A DNA stretch of 64,000 nucleotides from Paramecium tetraurelia (taxonomy: Eukaryota), in contig CT868274.1 in the NCBI GenBank assembly GCA_000165425.1, forward strand, positions 248,001 to 312,000, given 5' to 3'. The position numbers and the translations under genes are program-made. Under the pieces are notes generated by a model. The model had not been told where the DNA came from and searched no databases. It was given only the letters and a program-made list of their open reading frames with translations. Below, one piece after another: positions 43,449-56,098 of this stretch (within the stretch, counting starts at the first letter, position 1; the number at the start of each line of letters is the position of its first letter).

Positions 43449-44407
43449 ATTTTTATATAATTTTTATTTATATCTACACATATTAAATCACGTTCTTATT
43501 TGTGATTGTGCGTCATAGAATATTATAATAAATATTTAATTAAATATAAAATATATTATTTTTGCCTATGAGATGCTTACTAAAGTAAATTGTTATAATA
43601 ATTATAATCTGTTTGGTCACTGCACATCTCAAAATAGAAAATTGAATCAAGTCAAATTATTCATTCTATTTCGTATCAATTTTTGATGAAAATAATTTTA
43701 TAATTTTATTTTTCTTTAATTCTATCTGTATTTAAGAAAGTTAATGTTTGAATTAATCGATTTAAACCAGATGAATCATTGATATAAGTAGACATAATCT
43801 TATAATTAAATAATATATTAAATATAGTCAACATTCTTTCTTAATGTATTGACTAAAAAAAGAAAATAAGAACCCCTACTTCCATTTTATAATTCTAATT
43901 AGATTATATGACTTCTTTCAATTAACATTGAATTGATTATAATAGTTTCGTGTTTCATAATTACTTAAAAAATTAATATTGAAATGCCTTCATATCAAAA
44001 TTTTCTTAAATAAATTATCATTATTTTAATGTGTGTATTTCTTTGCTCTAGTTTTAAATATCACTATAAGATATATTTTAGGATTTTCGAAAATAACCAA
44101 TTTAGAAGGCATAAGATCATGATTTAAGGATAAAATGTTTGTTCTAATTATGGTTAATTGTAGTATTCATAAATCAGAAGAAATTGAAAACCATAAAATT
44201 AAAAATTTTCGTCGATGGCTTGTTTTGGGATTCTTCCCCTGAGCCTACTCTGCTACCTGAGGGACGGAGATAGGTTTAGAGTAGACAGGATGACATATAG
44301 AAGAACGACGAATTGGCAAAGGGATAGAAGAGAGTTAGATTTAAAAAGGAGCCCCTGATTGATAAGCCGGTCGGGCCTAGTAGCCCGGAGGAAGATGTTG
44401 AATTTGA

Positions 44408-44677
44408 ATTATTATTGAAAAAATTTTTGGTAGATTACCTTGCATATTTACTCCTGCACATCGGCCTGAATTTAATGCTATAGAACACATGTTTGGATGG
44501 TTAAAAAGAGGTTTGGTAGCAGCTTAAACTACTTCAACTAGTCAACTTGTCTATTAAATATACAGAATCATTTGTGATGTATCATAAAACTTAATAGTTG
44601 ACTTATTTCAAAGATAAAGAATAATCATAAATTTTAAACTTCCGACAACTGAGTTGGCTTCTCTTATACTAAATTGA
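44408..44677 (+). mobile_element. IS630/Tc1/mariner transposase C-terminal fragment
   Basis: IFTPAHRPEFNAIEHMFGWLKRGL matches the LPxYSPxxNPIExxWxxLK motif, followed by typical C-terminal helices. No upstream D residues. Confidence 0.8.
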
Positions 44678-44949
44678 TTCTAAAATAATAATAAAATAAA
44701 TGAAGATTATTATTTTCGTAGAATATTATTAACTTTCTTAAATAATAGAAAGGCATAATCTTTCAGCATTATTATGTTAAAGAGAATAATCTAGGAATGT
44801 TTCTTGCTTTAAACTTAACATATATCTAGTTTAATTTGAATTATAATCCAAATAAGGGTAAAACTGATTTCTTCAAAATATCTTTTGACATTAACATTAT
44901 CACAGGGATTGTTAGATTTATAAGACTAATCAATTAAATAATTGTACCT

Positions 44950-45790
44950 AAAAGAATAATTTTATTTTTTAAAATGAAAAATATGTTCTTCTATCAAAAT
45001 TACTTTATAAGCATCTAGTCGGATTTAAGAAAATTTACAAATATAATTTATTTCTTATATTTTTCAATAAGATTAGACTGTGGTGTAAATGGAGTTAAAA
45101 ATTGACGAGGAATCAAATTTAGAATTTTTTGTACAATTTTAATTAAATGAACTTTAGAGTTGTCTAATATAAATATTACATTTTCACTATCATTATCTAA
45201 TATGCTAAAAACCATTATGACTAATAGCTCCTAATATTCCAAAAGTAGAAGTATGTTATTTATAATTTACTATTTTAAAGGAATCTTATTGAAACCAAAA
45301 TCTTTGGACTTTTTACTTACTTCATCAATGAAGATATTAATGGCTTATTTTTGAATTTGGTTAATAAAAACAATGCATAGTTAAATCTTTCTACAATAAT
45401 ATTTCTACCTGATGCTCTTATATTACGTTTAATTGGACACCTATTTGTTTAATTGAACACCTATATGAACATTTAGCTATTATTTCACAACTTTGCGAAA
45501 GGTGAAATAATAGTGCACTTTCTTAGAAAATCTTTCCAAAAATTCATTGAATATATTTTTAAGATTTATCATATTTTTCTACTATATCCTAAATTTACTT
45601 CAATTAATATGAATTCTGAAAAATGTTTCATCAACCATTTATTCATCATTATTTAAAAGAACATATTGTACTTGACTTGTTGAGAATCCTAATTGTCCTG
45701 AAATTGTTGAATTAGAAAAGTGATATTCTTCATAACTATTCTTTTAAAAGACAAAATGATTGAATAGTCATCATTCTTTAGCTTAAAATT
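44950..45790 (-). mobile_element. Degenerate, near full-length IS630/Tc1/mariner transposase (DD32E)
   Basis: HTH SNSTISGQLGFSTSQVQYVL, then CSYR, ERFNYA, IFIDE (D at 45324-26), GILGAISHNG, FILDNSKVH (D at 45162-64) and TPFTPQSNLIE (E at 45063-65). Contains frameshifts, a deletion and a 20-nt duplication. Confidence 0.85.
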
Positions 45791-46953
45791 TTCTTTTTGT
45801 TTTTATGCTTTTTCTTATAATCTCTAAAACAATTAAAAAGCGATGTCTTAACATAGATTTTCTTTAAATTGTATATTTCTTCCCCAATAAACACAATTAT
45901 CTCTCAATGTATATGAAATGATTGACCATTTTCATTACAGTTTTATTGTCTTACATTAATTTTTATTTCTGCCTCAATTTGAAAACCGCATAGAAGTTAA
46001 CTATGCAAGAAATAAATTGAAGTTCGAAAAGTTTAAAAAGAAAAAATTGAAAAGAATAAATAGATTGAATTATTAAATATACGAGTTGAATTATAGATAA
46101 ATAACTAATTCCAAGAACACTTTATGATAATATATGCTTAAATCCATGAAAAATTTAATTACTTTTCAAGTAACTAGGTTAAATTCAATTAAATTATTTT
46201 GATCAAAAAAAACGCTTATCTAATCATAAATTAACTTAGTTAATTTACAAAATATTTATTTATAGTTTCACAGGGTTATCAAAAAAACTAATTTGTTAGA
46301 AAGATGGATTTTTGATATTTTAAGTAAGCATAGGAAATTTAAATGGGCTTAATCAAAACACAAAATTCTTTACATCCTTGATAGTTGATCAATTCATTAA
46401 AGATAAATTATAAAATAGAGTAATTTAGATTATATTAATTAATTTTTTTTAGCTCCTTATACTACAGAATTCAATCTTACTGAAATATCTGAAAACTGTT
46501 AAAAGAAGGAAGTATTATTTTCTAACAGAGAATTATATGTATTTAATTGTTGAGAACTTATAATTATTATGATAGATTCAAACTTATTATTGTAATTGAG
46601 AATATTATTTATAAATTCAAGATTCATTTTTATATATTATATATATTTATACTACATAATTTCGATTATGGTCATAATTAGTATATAAATAATAATTTGA
46701 TTTAAAAAATTCATTTCTATTCAAAAATCTAACAGTAATCAATAATAATACTTACTTTTAGAAAATATGGATGAAGTTATCATTAAAAGCTATTTTGATA
46801 GAAATATCAAATACTTTTTGAAATGTTACAATTACAAGAAGAAATTTAAAAGAATCTATATCTAAATATTAAACCTATTATATAATACAATATTTTAATA
46901 TATATATAAATTTGGAATTTTTTAAAACAAAATGCTAATTTAAGAAAAATTCA

Positions 46954-47371
46954 TCACTTATCATTTTCAGAATTCAGGGGGCAATAGGTCTTCTGACTAT
47001 CTTGATTTAGGACCGGAATGAGGAGATCGTTGTACCTTGCCTGGAAATTCGTATTCTGAATTATCATCTGTAAATAAATTTATTTGATACGATAAAGATT
47101 CTTTCTAATATTTAATCCAAACAATTCTGCTAAATCTTTCTACCTAACCAAGGAAATAAGTTATTAAGTGAGCATTTCGTCATCCTTCTTTTGCTCATAT
47201 TATTCAAGTTATTAAAAAATTTCCACTTGCTCAATTATTACTTTTTCTATCAAAATAGAACTGAGTATTACCTTTTAATTGTTATTTTTCATGATCATCT
47301 ATCAATTGTTATTTATACAACTCTTGGATGTACCAAAATAATTTAGAATGTGGCAACTCGAAATTTTACAT
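46954..47371 (-). CDS. Hypothetical protein
   Basis: MQNFELPHSKLFWYIQELYKQQLIDDHEKQQLK-(intron)-EKVIIE... to TGA. Confidence 0.6.
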
Positions 47372-47459
47372 AAAAATTTATTTGTTAAATTATTGATTTA
47401 AATATTATCGATATTTATACTAAGAAAACAAATTATTTAGAATATTTTAATAATTAATA

Positions 47460-48974
47460 ATGCAGCCATTTTTTGCGCAATTTAGTATGTTCCGACAATT
47501 TATCTCTGAAGATCCTAATTTATTCAACACTAGCTCTAGCGATTTGTATTTATGTTATTTATTATTAGTTTCCAATCATTCGATAGCGATATATCAATTT
47601 AATTTGCCAATTAATCGCCGCCAATTATTCATATAGAAAACTCAGGAATTTAAATGATATCCATCATTAGAAATGAAGGAAGGAGCGGGTAATTCTTTCA
47701 TTTGAAATTAGACAAAAAAAGTAGATCCAAGAAATGTACACAAGATTAAGAAAGAATGAAATATAAAACAATGAATTGAATAAAAATGAACCTCATATCA
47801 AAATAACTGTTTCAAAAAACCAAAATCTATAAAACTCGACTTCCTCAATTGAACACTATATTAATTAATTTGGGTATTTAAGTTTTCCAATTTAAAGTAT
47901 GATAGGTTCAATAAAAAATGCAGATTCAGAAGATGTTATTATTGGTAGACAAGAGAAGCTAGAAAACTATTAAGGTTAATTAATATTTCCAAATGATATA
48001 AGTACATAAATCAATAATTTTAGTTTTAAGAGAAACTGAGAGATTGATATCTAGAATTCATTGCAAAATAATCTTTAGAAACTTTTTTAGAAAAGAAAAT
48101 TAAATATTGCCATTGTATTAACAAACCATAAGTTAATTAAAATTACATTATAATATCAAATAAAGAATTTCATAATTTTTAGAGTAAAATAATATATATT
48201 TTAGGGAGCCTAAAGATTGTTATATCTAAGATATTGGCAGCGTTTTTGGAACGCACATCAAAATTGATAGAAACTATGTGAAATTGAAAAAATATCAATA
48301 ATATAGCATTGGGAGTGAAACTACAATTCAGATTCTTGAAATTCATAATTTAGGATCAGAATTAAAACAAAGGGATATAGAATTTGATAAATTGATATAA
48401 AAGTTAAGAAATATCAAATACAAATGCTCACTGTAGGGATTGGATCTCAAGCTGTATGAAAGATCATTGCAGGTTGATTAAAGTTTTGATTAAATCCTAA
48501 CAAATCTAAGATGTTATAATATTCCATTTATAATGATGAAATTTGGAGGATCTGGAGTTACAGACATTAACTAAAATCTCTTTTTCGCTAAAGACCCTAA
48601 TACTATTTTTTCAATAGGAAGAGGAAATGATAATAATATAAGAATCAACTCAAATACAATATCGAGGAAACAAACAAGATTTAGATTTAATCGAAAGTAT
48701 AATTTTAGTAGATGTTTATAGAGAAAATAATTGGGAGATTGCAGACGGAAGTTAAGATAAGGATTCAGCAAATGGAACATGGATGTAACTATAATCAATT
48801 TAAGAAAGAGAGTAAAAACTTGGATCATAAGCCTATCCTTTGAAAAATCTGTCAGAAATAAAAATAAGTGATTACACTTTGAAAGTCGAACTCTTCAAGG
48901 GAAAGTATTTTAACATTTTTAAATTTAGCGAGAAAGAAAAAGCTAGATGTTAAGTCATGAAATCTTTGTTGTGA
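47460..48974 (+). CDS. FHA-domain protein (two FHA-like domains)
   Basis: DVIIGRQ..ISRIHC..YIQDIGSVFGTH and FSIGRGNDNNIRINSNTISRKQ..DGS..SANGTW. Confidence 0.85.
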
Positions 48975-49279
48975 TAATTTTTTGTTTTTATTGTTATTTT
49001 CTGTTTGATATGTTAGCCATTACCATCTTTCCTGAAAAACTATCAATAACTTTTTTTAATTTGAAAAATTTAATTTGTTAGATGTTAGATTAAGATGGGT
49101 TATTTTTGATATTAGTTATTAAATTATTTCATGATAGGAGAATTTTTTTGATACTATTATTAAATTTCAAGCAATTTTTAATTTATTTTCTTTATTTTGA
49201 ATTTATAACTTAGAATTTCAAGTTAAAATAGCTCTTTCAAACTTAAAGGATTAATATTGAAATATAATTAAATAAAATA

Positions 49280-49870
49280 ATGTATGATTTTTCTGAGGAG
49301 GCTCAAACTGATAAATAGAACGTTTAATAGGATGGGTTTTAAGGGGATTAGGTAATACTTTAGAGTATATTAGATTGCTGCCTCTGAAGCTTTTTCATAT
49401 GAGACATCAACTCAACCAATTACACTAAATATATACGTGGTACAATTTAAGTTAAGCATAGAGCCCAGAATAATAATAACGAAAGGATAAATTAAGAATT
49501 CTTGAAGATGAAAGAATTGCTCAAATTCGAGAGAAGGATTAATAGGAGAGATTATTGAAATAATAAAAGAAATAGAAAGGCCTGGAATTTTTTTAGGAGT
49601 TCAAAAAGTAGATACAGTTATTTATAATAAGACAATAAGAAATGGAAATAACATAAAGAAGAAGTCAAAATAAGTAGTAATAAGAGATCTGGAATGAAAA
49701 TCAAAAAAATCGTAATCAATACGTATGATAGTTTTTCTAATTACAAGAAAAACTCTTGGGATTAAATAGCATCAAATATCGCTTTAAAAGACGGGGAATA
49801 TCCTGGAGAAAAAGATGTAACAAAGATGAGATAAGCAATCCTTAATAAAAGAATCGATCTGACTAAGTGA
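49280..49870 (+). CDS. CLC: Clathrin light chain
   Basis: Acidic N-terminus, central helix IREKDQQE..GLEFFQEF, C-terminal SWDQIASNI..KDVTKMRQAIL. Confidence 0.8.
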
Positions 49871-52348
49871 TGTCCATTAATTATAATATCAGCATTCAAT
49901 TCATAGTAATATGTGCATCATAATTCTAATTCAGTCGTTATCCAAATATTTCATATCTATATCTATATGTCTAAAAATAATAATTTAATTTAAATCATAA
50001 ATTCGGATTTTTAAGAATCGCCATTCTAATTTTCCGTTCAAAAGCGTCGTCCAAAAATAATACCTCTCTTGGTACCAAGTGGATAAATTTTATAGCATAT
50101 GTTAGTTTGAATTTTAAATTAGTTTCTAAAGCAATCATTATAATAGCGACTAAAATTAATGTAAACGAAATTGATGAAACAAGGATTTTCTATTTTATTT
50201 AAAAAAAAAATATACTTCTAAAATAGATTTTTAATTTAAGACTTGTTCGGAAAAGTTTCTCATCGCCCTTACTGATGACATTTATAAGAATTCTGCAAAC
50301 AAATAAGCTCCTTCTACTTCTAATGCATTGATAGGCTTTCGCTAAGAAAAATCTTCGGTAATTAATTCTTATGTGATTATTTTAGATACATGATTCAATA
50401 CAGCTTAAATTCCTAATAGAAAGGATCCTTCAAATGAATTGATACAAATTTATTGAATTTATTAATTGTTTGACTAAAGTAATATAATTATTTACTTCAT
50501 TAATAAGTTGACATATATCATTTGTATCTTAATCCAGAAAGTAAGATACAAAATCAGGACGAAAAAGCAAATTAACCTGATTTTTATTCAATAACTCTTA
50601 TTAATATTATTTGATTTATAGAGATGATTGATTAAGCCAATAGATCATATATTTAAAATCTGAGTCTTTTAAATATGGAAAGAAAACCTAATTGTTCAAT
50701 TATTCTTTTAAACTATAAGTTAATGCTATATTGAAACATAAATCAGAAGTATTTTTATGCATAGTTGCTGTTGGTTTATACTTCTTAATAAATTCAGATA
50801 AAATAAGAGTGTTAGATAAGTTTACGATTAAGAATCCAATAAACATAGTATAGATGAATATCAAAAACTTGGTAGTGTTGACTTTGGCTTTTTTGTATAT
50901 TGATTTTTAATAACTCGATTAATTTGTTTTTGTCTATTTGTTTAAAGAATATATTTCACTTTCCTTTTGTTTCTCATTAAAAGTGTAAAATTAGGTTATA
51001 TTATGATTTTCAATCTAGTTAATTAAGTAATATGAATATTCTAATTCAGACTCCAAAGCATATTTATCGATGTTGAGCATAATATTGCCAAAAAGTTGCC
51101 TCTATTTTGCAAATTTTCTATAATAGTAATTGGAGAACAAAAGGCAAATGAAATTTACAAATAAAAAACATGCAATCACTATAATTTGGTCATTGATTTG
51201 TTTGGAATTTCTAGTTATAGTATTGTTGTAAACTTAATCACTCAAGTATGAACAAATTTCAAATAACAATTTTTAATTTAACATTTAAAATGTTACTGGA
51301 GTAATTATTTTAGGAAGTTCATTATTAAAGTAAACCCCATAAATGAATTACTAATAATCAAAAAATTTCATGAAGAATGTTCGAGCACTAAAATTTTCGT
51401 ATTTATAAGTATAATCGTCTTACAAATATATTACTTAATAATACCTATCAAATAATAAATCTTACAAAAGTTTAGATTAAAATAATTTTTTAATTTCTTC
51501 ATGAAAATGTTCAAATTCTAATTTGAAATATTATTTTGCAAAATCAGTTTCATTTAGAAACTATTCATTTGTTATTAAATTCTAATTCAATAGATTAGTT
51601 TTGTCATAGATGATAAATCTCAAAATAAAGAAACTTAACATAGGTTGTAGGATGTCGTTTTTAATTGACAATTATCCAACATCAGTTATATAATTATTAA
51701 AATTGTTTTATATAAGAACAGTTTATAATAATAAGGAGACTATTCCTAATAATGATGAAACCACTAAAAAGATGATAGCTAATCTAGCAAATATGTTTTT
51801 AGTTCTTTTTTAAACCATTTTATCTATATATTCCACTTTATCTTAAAAAGTTGAATCATACACTTCTCTTTTTTCTGTTGGAGTCCTATCATCTTAAACT
51901 GATAGTTTTTATCTATTAATATCTGAACATAATTAAGGCATGCTTAATTATTTCGAGAATTTCTTCTTGATCATTGAAATATCGTCACTTACTCTTGAGG
52001 CATCATGATAACGATTATAAAATTTTTATTAAAATAATAATAATTCGTTGGTTGAAGATTTTTCTTAAGGAGAATTTAATTATTGATAAGTAAGTTCTGG
52101 TGATAATAATTAAGCATCTAAATCTTTATAAGCATCAAAATCATAAGGAGAATCTATTTTTATTGCTTCTAAGAACTTTTATTATAATTCTATCTTTTAA
52201 AGGGATTTTGTTGAACATTCAATCAAATTTGATGATTATGAAATTCCATTTAACTTTTTTAAATAATCAAAAGTTAATATCAAATATGACAATTTTTTAT
52301 TGTGGTATTTAGATTAAATTTCAATTTGGGATTCAAATCTATCCAATA

Positions 52349-52467
52349 NNNNNNNNNNNNNNNNNNNNNNNNNNNNNNNNNNNNNNNNNNNNNNNNNNNN
52401 NNNNNNNNNNNNNNNNNNNNNNNNNNNNNNNNNNNNNNNNNNNNNNNNNNNNNNNNNNNNNNNNNNN
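52349..52467. other. Assembly gap (N run)
   Basis: 119 consecutive N. Confidence 1.
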
Positions 52468-55027
52468 GATTTTGCATTACTTTATTCTCTTTCAATTTTT
52501 ACATTATAAGGACAATCTCCTAATTTCTTAATCAAAAAATCAACTTTATTTTGTTTAACTAATATTACTATGCTAGTTTTATTTGCATTAGGATTCTAAT
52601 TCATAAATAATTTAATGTTCTTTACTAGCTTTTGTGTAATTTCTCAGGATTTCTGCTTGATAAAACACTTTTAAATTTAAAATGCTAATAGCTAACTAAA
52701 AATAATTATTTATTACATGGATTTTTCTAATATATTTCATTTATGTTTTTTTCAATTTAACAAAGCTTTATAGTAACCTTAAAACAATAATCAAAAATTT
52801 GATTTTATGAAACTTACTCTTTAATCAAATGATCATAAAAAATGGATTTATGCTTTAGTAATTTAATAATTTATAAATTTAAGGCTCTTATGATATATTC
52901 TGTTTTGTAGAATTCTTCAAATATTAAAGTAGTTTAATCAAATTATTAAAAAACATTCTTTCTTAATCTTGATTTCAATAATTGTTTACTTTCCTCTCTT
53001 AAATAAGAATAAATAGTTTAATATTAAAAATACATTGGTTTATAAATATTTCTTTGATAATTTATTGGCTAAATAGTTAACATAGAAGAGTTTTTCATAA
53101 TACATTTATTAAGGCAAATTGTTTGTTGCTTATTTTATGTTTAATCTTAATACTCTAGGATGGAACTGCAAATTGAATAAGCTTAAATATAATTTTTTGT
53201 ATATAAATGAATTAAGATCATTTAAATAATTTTTTGGTTTGATAATGTTAATTATATAAAAGCGCTTGTTGATAATTTCAAGTAAATATCAAAGATTTAT
53301 TCTCTTAAGGAACAATTACAATTATGACATTAGGTTAAATGCCGTGAATTGATATAGACGTAAAAAGGTAATTTTGATTAGTTATTGTTTGATTCTAAGT
53401 GTTAGAATAAAATTTATAATATTATATTAGAATCTGTAAGATTATCAAATATTTTAAAAACTACTATTCTACTTTTCAATAATTTAAATATGTTAACAAC
53501 TAAAGGTATAACAATAATTTGAAATATTCCAAAATTATAATTATTGAAATTGAAAAGAATAGTTAAGTATTCTGTTATTGATAAAATGATAGCCATACTT
53601 TAAGCTGTGATTATTATAATATAAGCATTAGAATCTAAGTAATGAAAATTTGTAAATAAATTTATCAACATTAATATTGATATTAGAAATGTGATTGTTA
53701 CCTAGTATATCTAGTTTAGTTAATAAAAACAATACAATAAAATTTAAATAATATTTAAGGTACAAAGTATGATATCCAAAAATGTTATATAAAATGTGGA
53801 TTATATTGTGATTTAATAAGACAATTTATTTTAATTGATTAGTAATTTTGTGATGTCAAATAAAGTAAATAATAAAAGTGTTATTATTATAAGTATGGTA
53901 TTAATATTAGATTAGTCTTAGATCTAAGTCAAAGTGATCTCAAAAAGTAAATTAATGATTATTATATCGTAAAACTCATAAATAAATGCTGAAATCATGA
54001 AAATTAACTGAATTGGTTTGTTTTTCTTAAAAATATAATTTTTCATAGTAATCTTTTATTAAAATAAATCTTCTTTATTATTGACATAATTTCTAAGTTA
54101 CTATGTAATGGTAAGAAATATGATAATAGCTAGAATAAAGGGTAGTATGAATAAATATTATCCAGAAATTATTACAGAGGGCCTTGAAAAGCATGATATT
54201 AGTTAGTAAATTTAATTGTATTCTGTTTAACTACGATTATGCATATAAACTATGTATGAGGAGTTCTTAAATTGCCCCATTAAAAATATAATATATGAGA
54301 GTAGTTTGTTTGTGAATGGATATTGATTATTCAATATGATAAAAATTCTCAAAAGGTCCTAAAATCCAAGTTTCAAAAGGCGGATTAATTTCATGGATAA
54401 ATATACTTTATATTAATTATTAAAAGAATGCATTTAGACTTGTCATGATAATACAAGAAAAAGTGATATATTTGTTGATAAAATTCCATCCTACCACAAC
54501 TGGATACAACATAATATATAATTAATAATCAAATCCTTTCTTAGAAAATATAAAATGATGCTCAAAAAATCAATATAAATTAATTGTCGATACCTTCTCC
54601 CACATATAAATTCTCAACCGTAATGTTATAACAATTATTTAATATAATTTCTCATCTAAAATAATAGAAAACCATTTTAATTGCAATTTAATTTTACTTC
54701 TAATTTAAAATATAATTCTAAACTTAAATAGTAAGTTTATCAAATTTATTTAAAAATGAAAAACAGGTTTTTCTTAGTTTTACCTTCTGGCCTAAGCATT
54801 TTCCATAAATACCCATTTTCTATATAGGTTTTAAAAAGGGCACATTTAGATGACAAAAAAATAATAATTGTTTTGTAAAATTGAACAACTTGATTCATAC
54901 TAACTCTAATCAAGTTTAAAAAGTCAGAGTATATCTAATTAGAATTTTATTCGTTATGAAAACAAAATATTTTTTTAAATCGATCAATTTACTAATATAC
55001 CGTAAATAAATTAAAATATTTTTTCTG

Positions 55028-55948
55028 ATGAGCCATTTCTTGCAAAAGAAAGAAAAAGGGTTTATAGGCAATTTAAAATAGCTCTTAAATGTATTTTTTG
55101 AATAAAAATTAGAGTTCTGAGTACCACAATATCATAAATGTCTTAGAATCTAATAATGGTTTCATCATTCTTAATTTAAATGAATTTTAAAGTCAAATAT
55201 TAAAGAACCATTTTAAACATTCCAATATGGCTAGTTTTAAAAGGTTAGTAATGAATGAATAAACTAGATAATTAAATATGTATGGATTTGAGTTTTCCAG
55301 GACATAAGAAGGTTTAATGAAATTTCATCACAATCAATTTGATAGTAGGAATAATGAAGGACTCTAAATGAAATAAAATACAGCCAAAAGCACATTAACA
55401 CCAGATTAAGAATTATATTTGTTAAAATTGCAAGTGAAAGATATTTAAAGAAATCAACAAATTATGTAAAGATAAATCAGAGAAATTATAGATAAACAGT
55501 AAGAGATCCAAAAAAATATTAAAAAGGCTATGCTTGTATTAACCCTCTATTATTTTAGGATTATGTAAGAATAAGAGTTAATGGATAAACGAAAGGGAAA
55601 AAAGTGGGAAAATTTGTTTGGAAATTCCATCGAAATATCACAAATAAAAAATATAGTATATAATGTATCTTATAAATAGAAAGATTCCTTTATTAGAAAT
55701 GGAAGGAAGCTAACTCTTATTAAGAATGTCTTTGTATGGGATACGTACCCTAATAAACCTTTATAAAATAATTTTATACACACCCATTATTGAATAACTC
55801 AATTTTTGATATCAAGATTCCAAATTTAAATAATAGAAGTCCGGAAATGTTAGAACTCTGCGACACATAAGATCAAAATGACAGTAGTGATTTAGATTTA
55901 ATGGAAGTACAAAGTGTTAGCAATATCAGTAACTATTTTAATTTATGA
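55028..55948 (+). CDS. HSF-type DNA-binding domain protein (copy 1)
   Basis: FIILNLNEFQSQILKNHFKHSNMASFKRQLNMYGF..FHHNQF. Confidence 0.88.
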
Positions 55949-56098
55949 TTCTTAAATGTACTATGAAACGATATTATCAAATATTTTATCAAAGCTCGCA
56001 CCATATACTTTATTATCAATTTGATACATAGTTTAGGAATTATTTCTTTTCTAATTAATACAAACTATAAATTAATAACATATTGCTTTCTTAAGTAA

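Noticed and set aside
45427..45464. Direct repeats gtttaattg(g/a)acacctat with a 20-nt period, resembling a mariner TIR on the minus strand
   Set aside because: Removing one unit restores the transposase frame (CSYRCPIKRNIRASGRNIIVERFNYA), so this is an inactivating duplication inside the ORF rather than a terminus.
45477..45513. Hairpin ctattatttcac...gtgaaataatag, a possible Helitron end or terminator
   Set aside because: It lies within the transposase coding remnant, is AT-rich, and lacks a properly spaced CTRR end.
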